This document shows, piece after piece, positions 10,131-19,803 of a DNA stretch of 64,000 nucleotides. This DNA comes from an uncultured Pseudomonadota bacterium (lineage in GTDB: Bacteria; Vulcanimicrobiota; Vulcanimicrobiia; Eremiobacterales; Eremiobacteraceae): contig CAVTNB010000003.1 in assembly GCA_963736005.1 (NCBI GenBank), positions 1-64,000 of the forward strand, in the 5' to 3' direction. How positions within the stretch are numbered: the first letter of the stretch is position 1; each line of letters starts with the position of its first letter. The notes beneath the pieces were generated by a model that worked only from the letters and a program-made list of their open reading frames with translations, made no database searches and was not told the origin of the DNA. The position numbers and the translations under genes are program-made.

Positions 10131-11804
10131 ATGGCCGATAGGGCGCCTCCTATTCCGCTCACGATGTCGCGTTTTGAGGATGTCTTTCCGACTCTAACGC
10201 CCGCTCAGCTCGGTCGCATTGCGATGCATGGCCGGACTCGCCCAATTCAGACTGGTGACGTTCTCGTCGAATCAGGAGACTCAGCTGTTCCGTTCTTTAC
10301 CGTCATTTCAGGCGAGCTCGAAAGTGTTCGTCCCTCAGCGACCGGTGATACCCTCGTTGCCGTCAGCGGGCCTGGGCAGTTTACGGGAGAGGTCAACAGC
10401 GTATCGGGCCGCAGCGCCATGTTCAGGCTACGCGTTTCCCAGCCCGGTGAGGTGATTGAACTCAACCATCAACAATTGCTGGGTCTTGTTCAAACGGACG
10501 AGGAGCTCGGGGAGATTTTGATGCGCGCCTTCCTTCTCCGGAGGGCGGGCTTGGTGGCGGCAGGCGTGGGGGATGTGGTGCTCATTGGGTCATCGCACTC
10601 GGCTGAAACGCTGAAGCTCAAAGAATTCTTGATGCGCAACGGTCATCCTTACTCCTATTTAGACCTTGAGCGAGACCCCGACGTTGAAAAAATGTTGAGC
10701 GGCTTTCATGTCGCAGCGAGCGACATACCGGTAGTAATCTGTCGGGGTCAAAATGTGCTGCGCAACCCCACCAACCAGAAATTGGCGGAGTGTCTGGGTT
10801 TTAACATCACGGTCGACCAAACCCGTACTCGCGATCTTGTCATTATCGGAGCCGGACCCGGCGGATTAGCTGCTGCGGTGTACGCCGCCTCAGAAGGGCT
10901 AGACGTTCTGATGTTGGAGACCACTTCGCCTGGCGGTCAGGCCGGTGCAAGCTCTCGAATCGAAAACTACTTAGGATTTCCAACCGGCATTTCTGGTGAG
11001 GAGCTCGCCACTCGGGCCTATAACCAGGCGGAAAAATTCGGAGCGCAAATGCTCATTGCCACGGGAACCCGACTCGCCTGCGATCCCAGGATGCACATCG
11101 TCGAAGTAGACAATGGAGCTCGCATCCAGGCGCGCAGCGTCGTGATTGCGACCGGCGTGGAATACAGAAAACTCGCATTAAGCAATTTATCTCGCTTTGA
11201 GGGCGCGGGGATCTACTACGGTGCAACGTTTGTTGAGGCCCAGCTCTGCGCGGGTGACGAAGTGATTGTCGTCGGCGGAGGAAACGCCGCGGGGCAAGCC
11301 GCCATCTTCTTGGCGCAAACAACGAAGCGCGTGTACTTGGTCGTCAGATCGGGAGGCTTGGCCCAGACCATGTCACGCTATCTGAGCCGCCGGATTGAAG
11401 AAACTCCCTCGATTGTATTGACGCCGCACACGGAAATTGTGGCTCTCGAAGGCCAAGATCATCTCGACTCAGTCCGATGGCGCAACAACCAGACTGGCGA
11501 TGTCGAAGACCACGCTATTCGACACGTTTTTTTGATGATGGGCGGCGTACCGAACACGGGGTGGCTGAACAACTGCGTCGTTCTTGACGCGAAGGGCTTC
11601 ATCAAGACGGGTTCTGAGCTGTCACCGGAAGACCTGAGCTCTGCTCGTTGGCCGCTTCCGCGACCACCATTTTTGCTCGAAACCAGTTTGCCGGGCGTCC
11701 TCGCAGTGGGTGACGTGCGAGGCGGGAGCGTCAAGCGCGTTGCGTCTGCTGTAGGCGAAGGATCGATCGCCATTTCATTCGTTCATCAAATACTCCAAGA
11801 ATAG
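10131..11804 (+). CDS. Cyclic-nucleotide-binding domain fused to thioredoxin-reductase-like FAD oxidoreductase
   Basis: N-terminal cNMP domain (GPGQFTGE), GAGPGG, IENYLGFP, GGGNAA, GDVRGGSVKRVASAVGEG; GGAGG RBS. Confidence 0.9.
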   Translation: MADRAPPIPLTMSRFEDVFPTLTPAQLGRIAMHGRTRPIQTGDVLVESGDSAVPFFTVISGELESVRPSATGDTLVAVSGPGQFTGEVNSVSGRSAMFRLRVSQPGEVIELNHQQLLGLVQTDEELGEILMRAFLLRRAGLVAAGVGDVVLIGSSHSAETLKLKEFLMRNGHPYSYLDLERDPDVEKMLSGFHVAASDIPVVICRGQNVLRNPTNQKLAECLGFNITVDQTRTRDLVIIGAGPGGLAAAVYAASEGLDVLMLETTSPGGQAGASSRIENYLGFPTGISGEELATRAYNQAEKFGAQMLIATGTRLACDPRMHIVEVDNGARIQARSVVIATGVEYRKLALSNLSRFEGAGIYYGATFVEAQLCAGDEVIVVGGGNAAGQAAIFLAQTTKRVYLVVRSGGLAQTMSRYLSRRIEETPSIVLTPHTEIVALEGQDHLDSVRWRNNQTGDVEDHAIRHVFLMMGGVPNTGWLNNCVVLDAKGFIKTGSELSPEDLSSARWPLPRPPFLLETSLPGVLAVGDVRGGSVKRVASAVGEGSIAISFVHQILQE

Positions 11805-11980
11805 AGTTATGCTGAATCGCGATCGCATGGCTAGCGAGGGTTTCGCGCGTCGCAGCGAAGCGACCGCGGGAGCGTCGCCCAGGGCGTCCATCTCGTCCGA
11901 AGTAAGCCCAAACGCTGGCCAATAACAGTACGGCAGGCGCAGCATGGAGATCCGCGATGTTGTGCTTACACCGACCACAT

Positions 11981-12280
11981 TTATTCGGGGATAGTCACGC
12001 CGTCGACAAAAACGAGCCAATCCGTCTTTGCGGAGATTGCACGAATCTTACGGGCCAAACTATATTCTTCAGATTCGTAAAAGCGTTTCGCTGCGTCGAG
12101 AGACGGAAACTCCACAATCGCCAAGTCGTGCGGCACGTTATTGCCCTCGACGACAATGACCGGTCCGAACGCAAGGTACCTTCCACCGTATGACCTGAGG
12201 GCATTCTGCACAAGCTTCAGGTAGCGCTCGGGCCCGTGCGCTTCTTCCCATTTAATTTGAGATACTGCGTATGCCGCCAT
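11981..12280 (-). CDS. DUF1330 family protein
   Basis: YGGRYL...VEG...IVEFPSLDAAKRFYESEEY; GGAGG RBS. Confidence 0.85.
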   Translation of the reverse strand: MAAYAVSQIKWEEAHGPERYLKLVQNALRSYGGRYLAFGPVIVVEGNNVPHDLAIVEFPSLDAAKRFYESEEYSLARKIRAISAKTDWLVFVDGVTIPE

Positions 12281-12316
12281 GTGGTTCCTCCCTCAAATAA
12301 TGCCGGGATCACCTTT

Positions 12317-12430
12317 TTATAGGCAATATCCCGGTATTGGCTGATTGTAAACTCGGGTGGTCTTCATTAGATGGTTGTTGACGGGTGGAGTCAATAAGAG
12401 GTGAGCAATCTCGAAATCGTTCTTTGTCAT
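12317..12430 (-). CDS. Possible 37-aa small ORF upstream of DUF1330
   Basis: MTKNDFEIAHLLLTPPVNNHLMKTTRVYNQPIPGYCL with GAGGTG RBS; stop lies inside hairpin 12301-12336. Confidence 0.3.
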   Translation of the reverse strand: MTKNDFEIAHLLLTPPVNNHLMKTTRVYNQPIPGYCL

Positions 12431-12776
12431 TACACACCTCTGTGGCGGATTTGAGATTGTCCATCCGGGCAACGAGGCATTGGGTACCCTGTTTTCGCTT
12501 CGTTCACGCTCACATAAAGGATGCTACCACAACCTGCGTTTAACAGCGCGATCATGACCAAGACGGACACACTGGATCGGCATTTTTTCGCTTGCCCCAC
12601 AGCCCGATTTTATCTCACCTTCACCGATCAAACAATGTCGAGAAGATTGTGTCCCAACCCTGCCGCAAGGGTTCGCGGCCTTTCTCGTGACTTTGCCGGT
12701 CGTGGGAATGAAAATGCCACATGCAAACGAAGGGTCCATGTCCGACTTACCTGTCGAACACAAATGGAGTCACGCC

Positions 12777-13679
12777 ATGTCCATTCGACCTATCCAACGC
12801 CTCATTAAGTCGAAGCCCACCTTGGAAGGTGCAGGCGTTCATCTGCGGCGGGCATTCGGATTCGACAACACGTCGGACTTCGACCCGTTCCTCTTGCTCG
12901 ATGACTTTCGTAATGACGTGCCGGAGGATTACTTGGCAGGCTTTCCCTGGCATCCTCATCGGGGAATTGAAACCATCACCTACGTGCTCGCAGGAACCGT
13001 CGAGCATGGCGATAGCATTGGACACGGTGGCACGATCGCGGCGGGCGACGTGCAATGGATGACCGCTGGCAAGGGAATCATCCATCAGGAAATGCCCAAA
13101 GGCGATACGACCGGGCGCATGCATGGGTTCCAGTTGTGGGCAAACCTTCCGGCCTCGCGCAAGATGACTGCGCCGAGGTATCAGGAGGTCAAATCTGTCG
13201 ACATCCCCGAGATCAAAGACGATGACGGTACCGAGGTGCGCATCGTGTGTGGCTCATTTTGGGGGAAGACTGGGCCGGTTGCTGAGGTCGCCATCGATCC
13301 GATTTACCTTGACGTGACCGTGCCGCCCGGACGTAGAAAGACACTGCCGGTCGAAACGACGCGCCACGCGTTCGCCTACGTTTTTTCGGGTGATGCAAAA
13401 TTCAGCAACGCATCCGAGCCGTTAGCCGTGCCGACCGAATCGGTCAATTGGCTGGACACGACGCCTCCCGCACACGCCGAGAACCGATCGCTCGTCCTCT
13501 TCGATAAGGGCGACAAGATAATGGTCCATGCGGGCGCGGACGGCGTCCGCTTTCTGCTGGTCTCCGGCAAGCCGCTCGGGGAGCCTGTTGCCTGGTATGG
13601 ACCCATAGTGATGAATACGCAACAGCAACTCCAAGAGGCGTTTACCGAACTTCGCGAAGGGACGTTCCTAAGGAATTAG
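12777..13679 (+). CDS. Pirin family protein
   Basis: DPFLLLD, HPHRGIETITY, WMTAGKGIIHQE, GPIVMN; ATG 12777 after GGAG. Confidence 0.95.
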   Translation: MSIRPIQRLIKSKPTLEGAGVHLRRAFGFDNTSDFDPFLLLDDFRNDVPEDYLAGFPWHPHRGIETITYVLAGTVEHGDSIGHGGTIAAGDVQWMTAGKGIIHQEMPKGDTTGRMHGFQLWANLPASRKMTAPRYQEVKSVDIPEIKDDDGTEVRIVCGSFWGKTGPVAEVAIDPIYLDVTVPPGRRKTLPVETTRHAFAYVFSGDAKFSNASEPLAVPTESVNWLDTTPPAHAENRSLVLFDKGDKIMVHAGADGVRFLLVSGKPLGEPVAWYGPIVMNTQQQLQEAFTELREGTFLRN

Positions 13680-13688
13680 GGATCGGAG

Positions 13689-14048
13689 ATGACTGTGAAA
13701 ATGGAAAGAAGCGGTATCAGTCCGACCGCAAAACCTTCGGGCACGGGTTGCGTTGAGTGCTTGGCGACAAACGGCTGGTGGCTACACCTCCGCCGGTGCG
13801 CCGAGTGTGGGCACATTGGCTGCTGCGACAACTCACCAAGTCAGCATGCGTCGAAACACAACGCAACGACCGGCCACCCGATTATTACAAGCTTTGAATC
13901 TGGAGAGCGCTGGTTCTATGACTACCGCACGCGAGATTTTTTTGCGGGCCCGCAGTTGCCCGCTCCCCACTCGCATCCTTTAAGTCAGCCTGTGCCCGGA
14001 CCGGCCGGCCATGTTCCCTCAAATTGGCAGAGCCTCATCCGCGCATGA
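13689..14048 (+). CDS. UBP-type zinc finger protein
   Basis: CxEC...HLRRCxxCGHIGCCDxSPxxHAxxH pattern. Confidence 0.9.
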   Translation: MTVKMERSGISPTAKPSGTGCVECLATNGWWLHLRRCAECGHIGCCDNSPSQHASKHNATTGHPIITSFESGERWFYDYRTRDFFAGPQLPAPHSHPLSQPVPGPAGHVPSNWQSLIRA

Positions 14049-14056
14049 ATCTCCGC

Positions 14057-14401
14057 TCAATGGGGTAGCAGCTGCTGCAACACCTTCGTGCTAATCTCAA
14101 GTTTCATAGGCGAGCCGCGAGTGACCGCCAAGACATGAGCGTCGAACGATTGATTGGTAAACATGGAATCGGATTGAACGCGAATTCCCGTGGGGTCCAC
14201 GGTGAACACCACGACACCTGAACCCGTGACCGCACCGGGCAGGGCGGCTTGGGCGGCGCTGGTGAGTCCCGCCATGTCAACGTCGACGATCTTCGCGTCG
14301 CACGCTCCAATGTAGCGGCTCACAAACCAGCCACCCACGGACGCCCCAAGCCCAAAGGCCAGCCATAAACTGAAGAGACGCGTTAGCAGCGGTCGACGCA
14401 T
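14057..14401 (-). CDS. Hypothetical membrane-anchored protein
   Basis: 114 aa with N-terminal TM segment, co-oriented downstream of the AKR. Confidence 0.55.
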   Translation of the reverse strand: MRRPLLTRLFSLWLAFGLGASVGGWFVSRYIGACDAKIVDVDMAGLTSAAQAALPGAVTGSGVVVFTVDPTGIRVQSDSMFTNQSFDAHVLAVTRGSPMKLEISTKVLQQLLPH

Positions 14402-14464
14402 ATTAGCGCAACCAACTATCGACGAATGTATACATGCCGGTGGTGACCTTCCTTATGTGACAGC

Positions 14465-15319
14465 CTATGAGCTCAGTTCTTCCAACTCAGCAGCAGTAAG
14501 CACGAGCTCTACGGCCCTGAGGTTCTCATCGAAGTGAGCAATCGACGACGTCCCGGGGATTGGCAAAATAAAGTGAGAGCGAGCAAGCAGCCATGCCAGC
14601 GCCACCTGAGCTGGCTTCACTTCATGTGCGGTAGCTATGCGTTTCAGCGCTGCGTGCTTTGGTGAACCCGTGCCGCCCAACGGCGCCCATGGCAGAAAAA
14701 CTGAGCCGTCTCGTTCGCACGCATCCAGCACGTCTTCGGAACTGCGATCTTCGACGTTGTAGCGGTTCTGCACCGAGACAATGGTCGCTGTTTTTTTCGC
14801 CCTTTCGTATTCGTCGACCGAAATCTGAGAAAGACCGATGTGCCTGATCTTACCCTCGCGCTGCAGGGCCGTCAGCGCCCCAAGTGACTCCTCCATTGGA
14901 ACGCGCGGGTCGATCCGATGCAATTGGAAAAGGTCAATGCAATCGCGCTTGAGGCGTCGTAGGCTACCTTCAGCGCATTTGCGCAATCTTTCGGGTCGCG
15001 CATCGATCGCCCATTGACCCGGGCCTGAGCGGACGAACCCGGCTTTGGTCGCGATGACGACGTCATCGACGTAAGGTGCAAGTGCCTCGGCGATGATCTC
15101 TTCGCTCACGTACGGGCCGTACGAGTCCGCTGTGTCAATAAAAGTGACGCCAGCGTCAACAACGTGTCGAACCAAGGCCACCGCAGCAGCTCGATCGTGT
15201 GGCGGTCCCCAAATGCCGGGGCCTGTAATGCGCATCGCTCCGAAGCCCATGCGGCCAACGGACAGATTACCACCAATCGTAATGGTGTCGCGGAGGGGAT
15301 GCTTTGTCCGAGATGCCAT
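14465..15319 (-). CDS. Aldo/keto reductase
   Basis: GFGAM, IDTADSYG, IATK, IDLFQLH, PIPGT motifs. Confidence 0.95.
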   Translation of the reverse strand: MASRTKHPLRDTITIGGNLSVGRMGFGAMRITGPGIWGPPHDRAAAVALVRHVVDAGVTFIDTADSYGPYVSEEIIAEALAPYVDDVVIATKAGFVRSGPGQWAIDARPERLRKCAEGSLRRLKRDCIDLFQLHRIDPRVPMEESLGALTALQREGKIRHIGLSQISVDEYERAKKTATIVSVQNRYNVEDRSSEDVLDACERDGSVFLPWAPLGGTGSPKHAALKRIATAHEVKPAQVALAWLLARSHFILPIPGTSSIAHFDENLRAVELVLTAAELEELSS

Positions 15320-15324
15320 AATCT

Positions 15325-15975
15325 TTACTTATATACCACACTGAGGTAGCTCAGAAACGCGCGCGTGAGCTCCTCAACCAACTCATCATCGGTCCGAGGC
15401 AGCCGTGGGTCCGGCACGCCTGGCATCGTGTCGAGCACAACGATCTGCTGCAGCATGGCTCCCACAAGCATTAACGCGAATAGCAACGCCTTCTTTGGAT
15501 CCGGGTGCTTGATTTCGCTTCGTTTCAACAACAAGAAGTCCGCGACGCGCTGGAGCGATCGGGCGTTCAACTCGGCAGCCTTCTTCTTGAACCCAACGTT
15601 CGTATGCGACAAGATGAACTGAAGCATCGCGCGCAGCATTCTCGCATTCTTTCGCTGGCTTACCAATCTGTGCCGCACAATCGCCTCGGCGAACGCCTGA
15701 AGCGAGAGGCGCTTGGCAAGTTCGGGTGTTAGGCCTGACGCGGCTGTCGCGTCGAGCATTTCCAGCGTCCCCAAGATCACCGCGCGCATGAGCGCGTCCT
15801 TGTTTGGGAAGCGGCGATACACAGAGCCAGGCGAAAGGCCCGCGCGAGCGGCGACTCGCGGCATGGTCGCACCTTCAATTCCCTTCTCATTGAGGATCTC
15901 GCGGGTGGCCGTGATCAGGCGCGCGAGAGACTCGCGACTACGCGCTTGTTTGGGCGCGAGGGTCGTTTTGGGCAT
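15325..15975 (-). CDS. TetR/AcrR family transcriptional regulator
   Basis: HTH VAARAGLSPGSVYRRFPNKDAL; ATG 15975 after GAGG. Confidence 0.9.
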   Translation of the reverse strand: MPKTTLAPKQARSRESLARLITATREILNEKGIEGATMPRVAARAGLSPGSVYRRFPNKDALMRAVILGTLEMLDATAASGLTPELAKRLSLQAFAEAIVRHRLVSQRKNARMLRAMLQFILSHTNVGFKKKAAELNARSLQRVADFLLLKRSEIKHPDPKKALLFALMLVGAMLQQIVVLDTMPGVPDPRLPRTDDELVEELTRAFLSYLSVVYK

Positions 15976-16015
15976 ACTCACTTCCTCAGTGGCTCCGTTT
16001 TTGTGAGGTTGGGTC

Positions 16016-16045
16016 TTGACAAAATGTAAATATGGATTTACATTT
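16016..16045 (+). promoter_or_regulatory. Sigma70-type promoter with overlapping palindromic operator (probable TetR site)
   Basis: TTGACA (16016-21), 17 bp, TACATT (16039-44); perfect inverted repeat AAATGTAAAT-N4-ATTTACATTT (16022-16045) between divergent tetR and DUF4386 genes. Confidence 0.75.
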
Positions 16046-16125
16046 ACATCCAACTGTTACTGGCAGCGACCATTCTTTCCTGCGAGCAGCGTGCTCATAC
16101 CCAGGCGTCGCCTAGGAGGCTCTCA

Positions 16126-16851
16126 ATGACCGAACGGATTACCGAGGGGTCGCCGTGGCCCAGCGCTAGGGTCACCGGTGTCGTCTATTTGCTTTACTTT
16201 CTGACGGCAATAGTCGCTGTTTTGCTCGTTCGCGGGATTGTCGTATCCGGAGATGCCGCGGCGACAGCGGTCAACATCCTGGCGCACGAGCCTTTATATC
16301 GCTTGGGTTTCGCAATCGGCCTCATCGGGACCGCATTGTACGTCGCGGTGACGGCGCTCTTCTACGGCCTGTTTAAGCCTGTGAACAAGAGCCTTGCTTT
16401 ACTTGCAGCATTCTTTAGCCTCGTCGGATGCGCTATTCAGGCTTCTGGCAGCCTCTTCCAAATCGCCCCGTTGGTCGTCTTGGGAGGCAGCCATTACTTG
16501 AGCGTGTTTAAGCTGGAACAGTTGCAAGCTCTGGCGCTCATGTTTCTCAATTTGAATGTTCAAGCCGGCTATACGGAGATCATATTTTTCGGACTGTTTG
16601 ACATCGTAATCGGCTACCTCATTTTCAGGTCGACTTTTCTGCCTCGATTTCTTGGCGTGCTGATGATGATTGCCGGCTTGGGTTGGTTGACTTTTCTGTC
16701 ACCGGCGCTCGCAACGCATTTGTCACCGTACGTTGACGTCCTCGGCTTCATCGCAGAACTATTCCTGATGCTTTGGCTTCTCGTGATGGGCGTGAATGTG
16801 CAACGTTGGAAGGAGCAGGCCAGCACAGCGCGGGCATCCACTCGCGGATGA
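16126..16851 (+). CDS. DUF4386 family membrane protein
   Basis: ARVTGVVYLL, GDAAATAVNI, GYLIFRSTFLPR, WLLVMGV; GGAGG RBS. Confidence 0.85.
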   Translation: MTERITEGSPWPSARVTGVVYLLYFLTAIVAVLLVRGIVVSGDAAATAVNILAHEPLYRLGFAIGLIGTALYVAVTALFYGLFKPVNKSLALLAAFFSLVGCAIQASGSLFQIAPLVVLGGSHYLSVFKLEQLQALALMFLNLNVQAGYTEIIFFGLFDIVIGYLIFRSTFLPRFLGVLMMIAGLGWLTFLSPALATHLSPYVDVLGFIAELFLMLWLLVMGVNVQRWKEQASTARASTRG

Positions 16852-16893
16852 ATGCCTTGCCATGACCGGCTGGAGAGGTTTAGGCGATACGCT

Positions 16894-17931
16894 CTACGTC
16901 TTTGAGCTTCCGAAGTGGGCCGCAGGCACCATCGAGCGGCTACGCGTACGGCGCTGCTCGAGGGGGCGCACGATGGCATTCTCAATCGCCCGGTCGAAGA
17001 CGACCTTCGTGAGAAAACTATCTGCGGCAGCAAGGCCACGCGAGCCCGTCACTCGTCGAAGAGCGCCTCGAGCGCGTCCGAAAAGGCGCATCCGATGACT
17101 GTCGCGGAAGTGGCGATGGACTGCGAAGTCCTCATCGGTGATGCTGAGCCGGTGTTTTTCGGCGAAACGCTGTATGCTTGGTTCCATCCACATATTGCTC
17201 CATCGCAAGAGAAAACACGGCAGATCAGACCATGAGTATGGTGGTGGCGCGAGGTGTGTGACAACAGCCGCCGGCTCAATATAGACCGAGCCCCCTGCAT
17301 TGACAACCCCAAGACAAAAATCATTGTGGTCTAAGAATGAAATAAGGCCTTCATCAAGCGGACCGAGGTGGTCGAAGACGTCTCTCCGTACTAACATGCA
17401 GTGAAACTCAACCAGATCGATGGGTTGGCGGATGAGCTGCGCACGCACTCGCGAAACCGGCGTGTTTCCGAAGCGATGACGCTCGTGCAGGCGCCGAAGT
17501 CCGTGTTCTTCAACGATCTTGAACTCAGCGCCGGCGGTATGGATGATTTGTTTCGCAGGGTCATCGATGAGATACAGGGGCCCGACTGCCCAAGCACCTG
17601 TTTCTTCGGCACAAGCAACGAGTTTGTCCAGCCAGCCCGGCGTGACGCTCACGTCGTTATCGACGAACGCTACATATTTCGTGCTCACGTGGGGTAAGCC
17701 GAGATTGCGCGCTTCGTTCGCCCCGAGATAGTAATCCGTTCGAATCAGCGTAAATCCACGCTTGGCCGCTTGGTCTCTGAGATAGCGGGCCAAGGCAGGT
17801 GGGGAATTTCCATCGATGTAGACCAGCGGTACGGCTGGATTCGTGCAAGTAAGGATACTGTCAAGCGAGATCTTCGCCTTGCTAAATTGCTCTCGGGGCG
17901 TAATGACAATAGTAGTTGCAGGTTCAGGCAT
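16894..17931 (-). CDS. Glycosyltransferase family 2
   Basis: ITPRE, YIDGNS, ARNLG, AFVDND (DxD), VEFHCML, DHNDF; ATG 17931 overlaps upstream stop. Confidence 0.85.
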   Translation of the reverse strand: MPEPATTIVITPREQFSKAKISLDSILTCTNPAVPLVYIDGNSPPALARYLRDQAAKRGFTLIRTDYYLGANEARNLGLPHVSTKYVAFVDNDVSVTPGWLDKLVACAEETGAWAVGPLYLIDDPAKQIIHTAGAEFKIVEEHGLRRLHERHRFGNTPVSRVRAQLIRQPIDLVEFHCMLVRRDVFDHLGPLDEGLISFLDHNDFCLGVVNAGGSVYIEPAAVVTHLAPPPYSWSDLPCFLLRWSNMWMEPSIQRFAEKHRLSITDEDFAVHRHFRDSHRMRLFGRARGALRRVTGSRGLAAADSFLTKVVFDRAIENAIVRPLEQRRTRSRSMVPAAHFGSSKT

Positions 17932-18985
17932 CGCGTTCCGCCTGCAAAGCGACCCGCGGCGTCGCCGATGCACCCGCGAGCCTTTGTCTCTCGAGGCGAG
18001 CGATGATCGTCGGTTCGAGCACGCGCTCAAACAGCGCATCGATCAACCTATCTGCGATCCATCGTCCCCGCCAGCCCATCGTGCGCTGCGCTGCTCTCTG
18101 CACAATATGCAATAATCTTCGCCGCTCGGCGTTTCGGAAACGAACACCACCTTGTAACATGTAATCGTTTTCGCTCAGACGCCATTTCTTTGCAAAGTGA
18201 CTAATGCTTGGGCGAAGCCACACGTCGCTCCATCGGAGCAAGAACAGAGCAAGATCCGACCATGCAAATGGTGGCGGGGCGACAATCACGACCACCGCAT
18301 CGGGTTCCCAGTATATGGAACCCCCGGCTTGCGTAACGTCGAGGCAAAAATCGCGATGCTCTTGGAACGAAGTGAATGCTTGATCAAAAGCTCCGAGACG
18401 GTCAACCACATCTTTTCGAGTCAGCATGCAATAGGACTTGGCGTAGCCGCAGAGACCCCGTTTCAACCCCCCGCGCACGTCGGCGAGTGGCTTGCCGGCA
18501 AAAGGGGCCGTCTCATAGAGACGACGCTCGCCTTGTTCATCTATGATCTTGAGATCCGGACCGGCCGAATAGGTGATCGGCTCTTCCAAGTCACCAGTGC
18601 AATACAGAGGTCCCACGACCCAAGCTTGCGTCTCCTCCGCGCACCGGATGAGTGCTCCCAACCATCCGGGTGTGACCAGCGTGCAATTGTCAAGAAAAGC
18701 AACGTACTTGGTCCGGACGTGACGCATGCCGATATTGTGCGCTTCGCTCGACGTTAGATAGCGGTCGCACCGAATGAACGTAAAGTTTCGCTTGCGGGCT
18801 TGTTCTTGAAGATAGCGACGGACGTGCGGCGGTGAGTTGCCGTCAACATAGACCAGCTCAAAGGGTGGCTGCGTGAACGCATAGATACTTTCTAGCGTGG
18901 CCTTTGTGGCGCTGAAATGTTGCCACGGCGAGACGATGATCGTGACGCTCTGATCGGGCATCAGTTGCGCGCTCGGGCTTACCAT
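17924..18985 (-). CDS. Glycosyltransferase family 2 (paralog of 16894-17931, DxD altered)
   Basis: YVDGNSPP, AFLDNC, VTPGWL, EHRDF; ATG 18985 overlaps the SDR stop. Confidence 0.8.
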   Translation of the reverse strand: MVSPSAQLMPDQSVTIIVSPWQHFSATKATLESIYAFTQPPFELVYVDGNSPPHVRRYLQEQARKRNFTFIRCDRYLTSSEAHNIGMRHVRTKYVAFLDNCTLVTPGWLGALIRCAEETQAWVVGPLYCTGDLEEPITYSAGPDLKIIDEQGERRLYETAPFAGKPLADVRGGLKRGLCGYAKSYCMLTRKDVVDRLGAFDQAFTSFQEHRDFCLDVTQAGGSIYWEPDAVVVIVAPPPFAWSDLALFLLRWSDVWLRPSISHFAKKWRLSENDYMLQGGVRFRNAERRRLLHIVQRAAQRTMGWRGRWIADRLIDALFERVLEPTIIARLERQRLAGASATPRVALQAERDA

Positions 18986-19803
18986 CGGATTACCTTGCCG
19001 TCCCACCAAAAGAGTCCAGTGGCGCTGCTCGGTGAGCGCGTCGCCAGAAAAAACACGGTGTCGGTGGAATCCGCAGGATCGATTTCAGCATTTGGACCGC
19101 CGATCTTCGTCTTGACCCACCCGGGATGGACGCAATCGACCATCACTCTACGGGCTCGCAGGTCTGCCGCCAACGATTGGGTGTAAGAGTTCAATGCTGC
19201 CTTACTGAGACGATACGCAGGCGCGTCACCATCCGATTTGCGCGACAACTGACCCATCACCGAAGAAATATTGATGATACGGCCGCCTTTCGCCATGATC
19301 GGAGCGAACGCAGCGCAAGCGTGCAGCGCGCCGTAGAGATTGACGGCAAGCGTGCGCTGGACGACTATATCATCGATGGCGCTTGCATGCATTTCTCGGT
19401 CCTCATCGAGAAACACACCCGCGTTGTTGACGAGGATGTCCACTCTTTCATATTGTGTGCCCACGTCGAGGGCGAGCTTCCGCACTTGAGATTCGTCGCT
19501 GACGTCAGCGATGCGCAGATCGACGCGCAGGCCTTGCGCCGCAAGTGCATCCACCGCGGCACCTCCTTCGGGATCGATGGCAACGAGAATGCAGCGAGCC
19601 CCCGCGTGCGCAAATGCACTTGCGATTGCCAGACCGATACCACTGCTTGCTCCCGTGATGACGGCAACTTTGCCCTTGAGCGCGTTGCCTGCAGCGATAT
19701 TTCTTTGTACACGCTGAATTCTCGAAGCCGCAACTTGCGAACGAGCTGACCCGTAAAGTCTCCCAAGGAGGGCGCGAGCCCGCGTCATCGCAACTTTAAA
19801 CAT
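18979..19803 (-). CDS. Short-chain dehydrogenase/reductase (carbonyl-reductase-like)
   Basis: TGASSGIG, NNAG, YRLSK (YxxxK), HPGWVKT. Confidence 0.92.
   Translation of the reverse strand: MFKVAMTRARALLGRLYGSARSQVAASRIQRVQRNIAAGNALKGKVAVITGASSGIGLAIASAFAHAGARCILVAIDPEGGAAVDALAAQGLRVDLRIADVSDESQVRKLALDVGTQYERVDILVNNAGVFLDEDREMHASAIDDIVVQRTLAVNLYGALHACAAFAPIMAKGGRIINISSVMGQLSRKSDGDAPAYRLSKAALNSYTQSLAADLRARRVMVDCVHPGWVKTKIGGPNAEIDPADSTDTVFFLATRSPSSATGLFWWDGKVIRW

Noticed and set aside
11775..11946. Minus-strand stretch FGLTSDEMDAL resembling an aldo/keto reductase C-terminus
   Set aside because: Too short to call a pseudogene without a search
14057..14401. Faint resemblance to conjugative TrbI-like proteins
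   Set aside because: No other conjugation or mobility genes; resemblance unsupported
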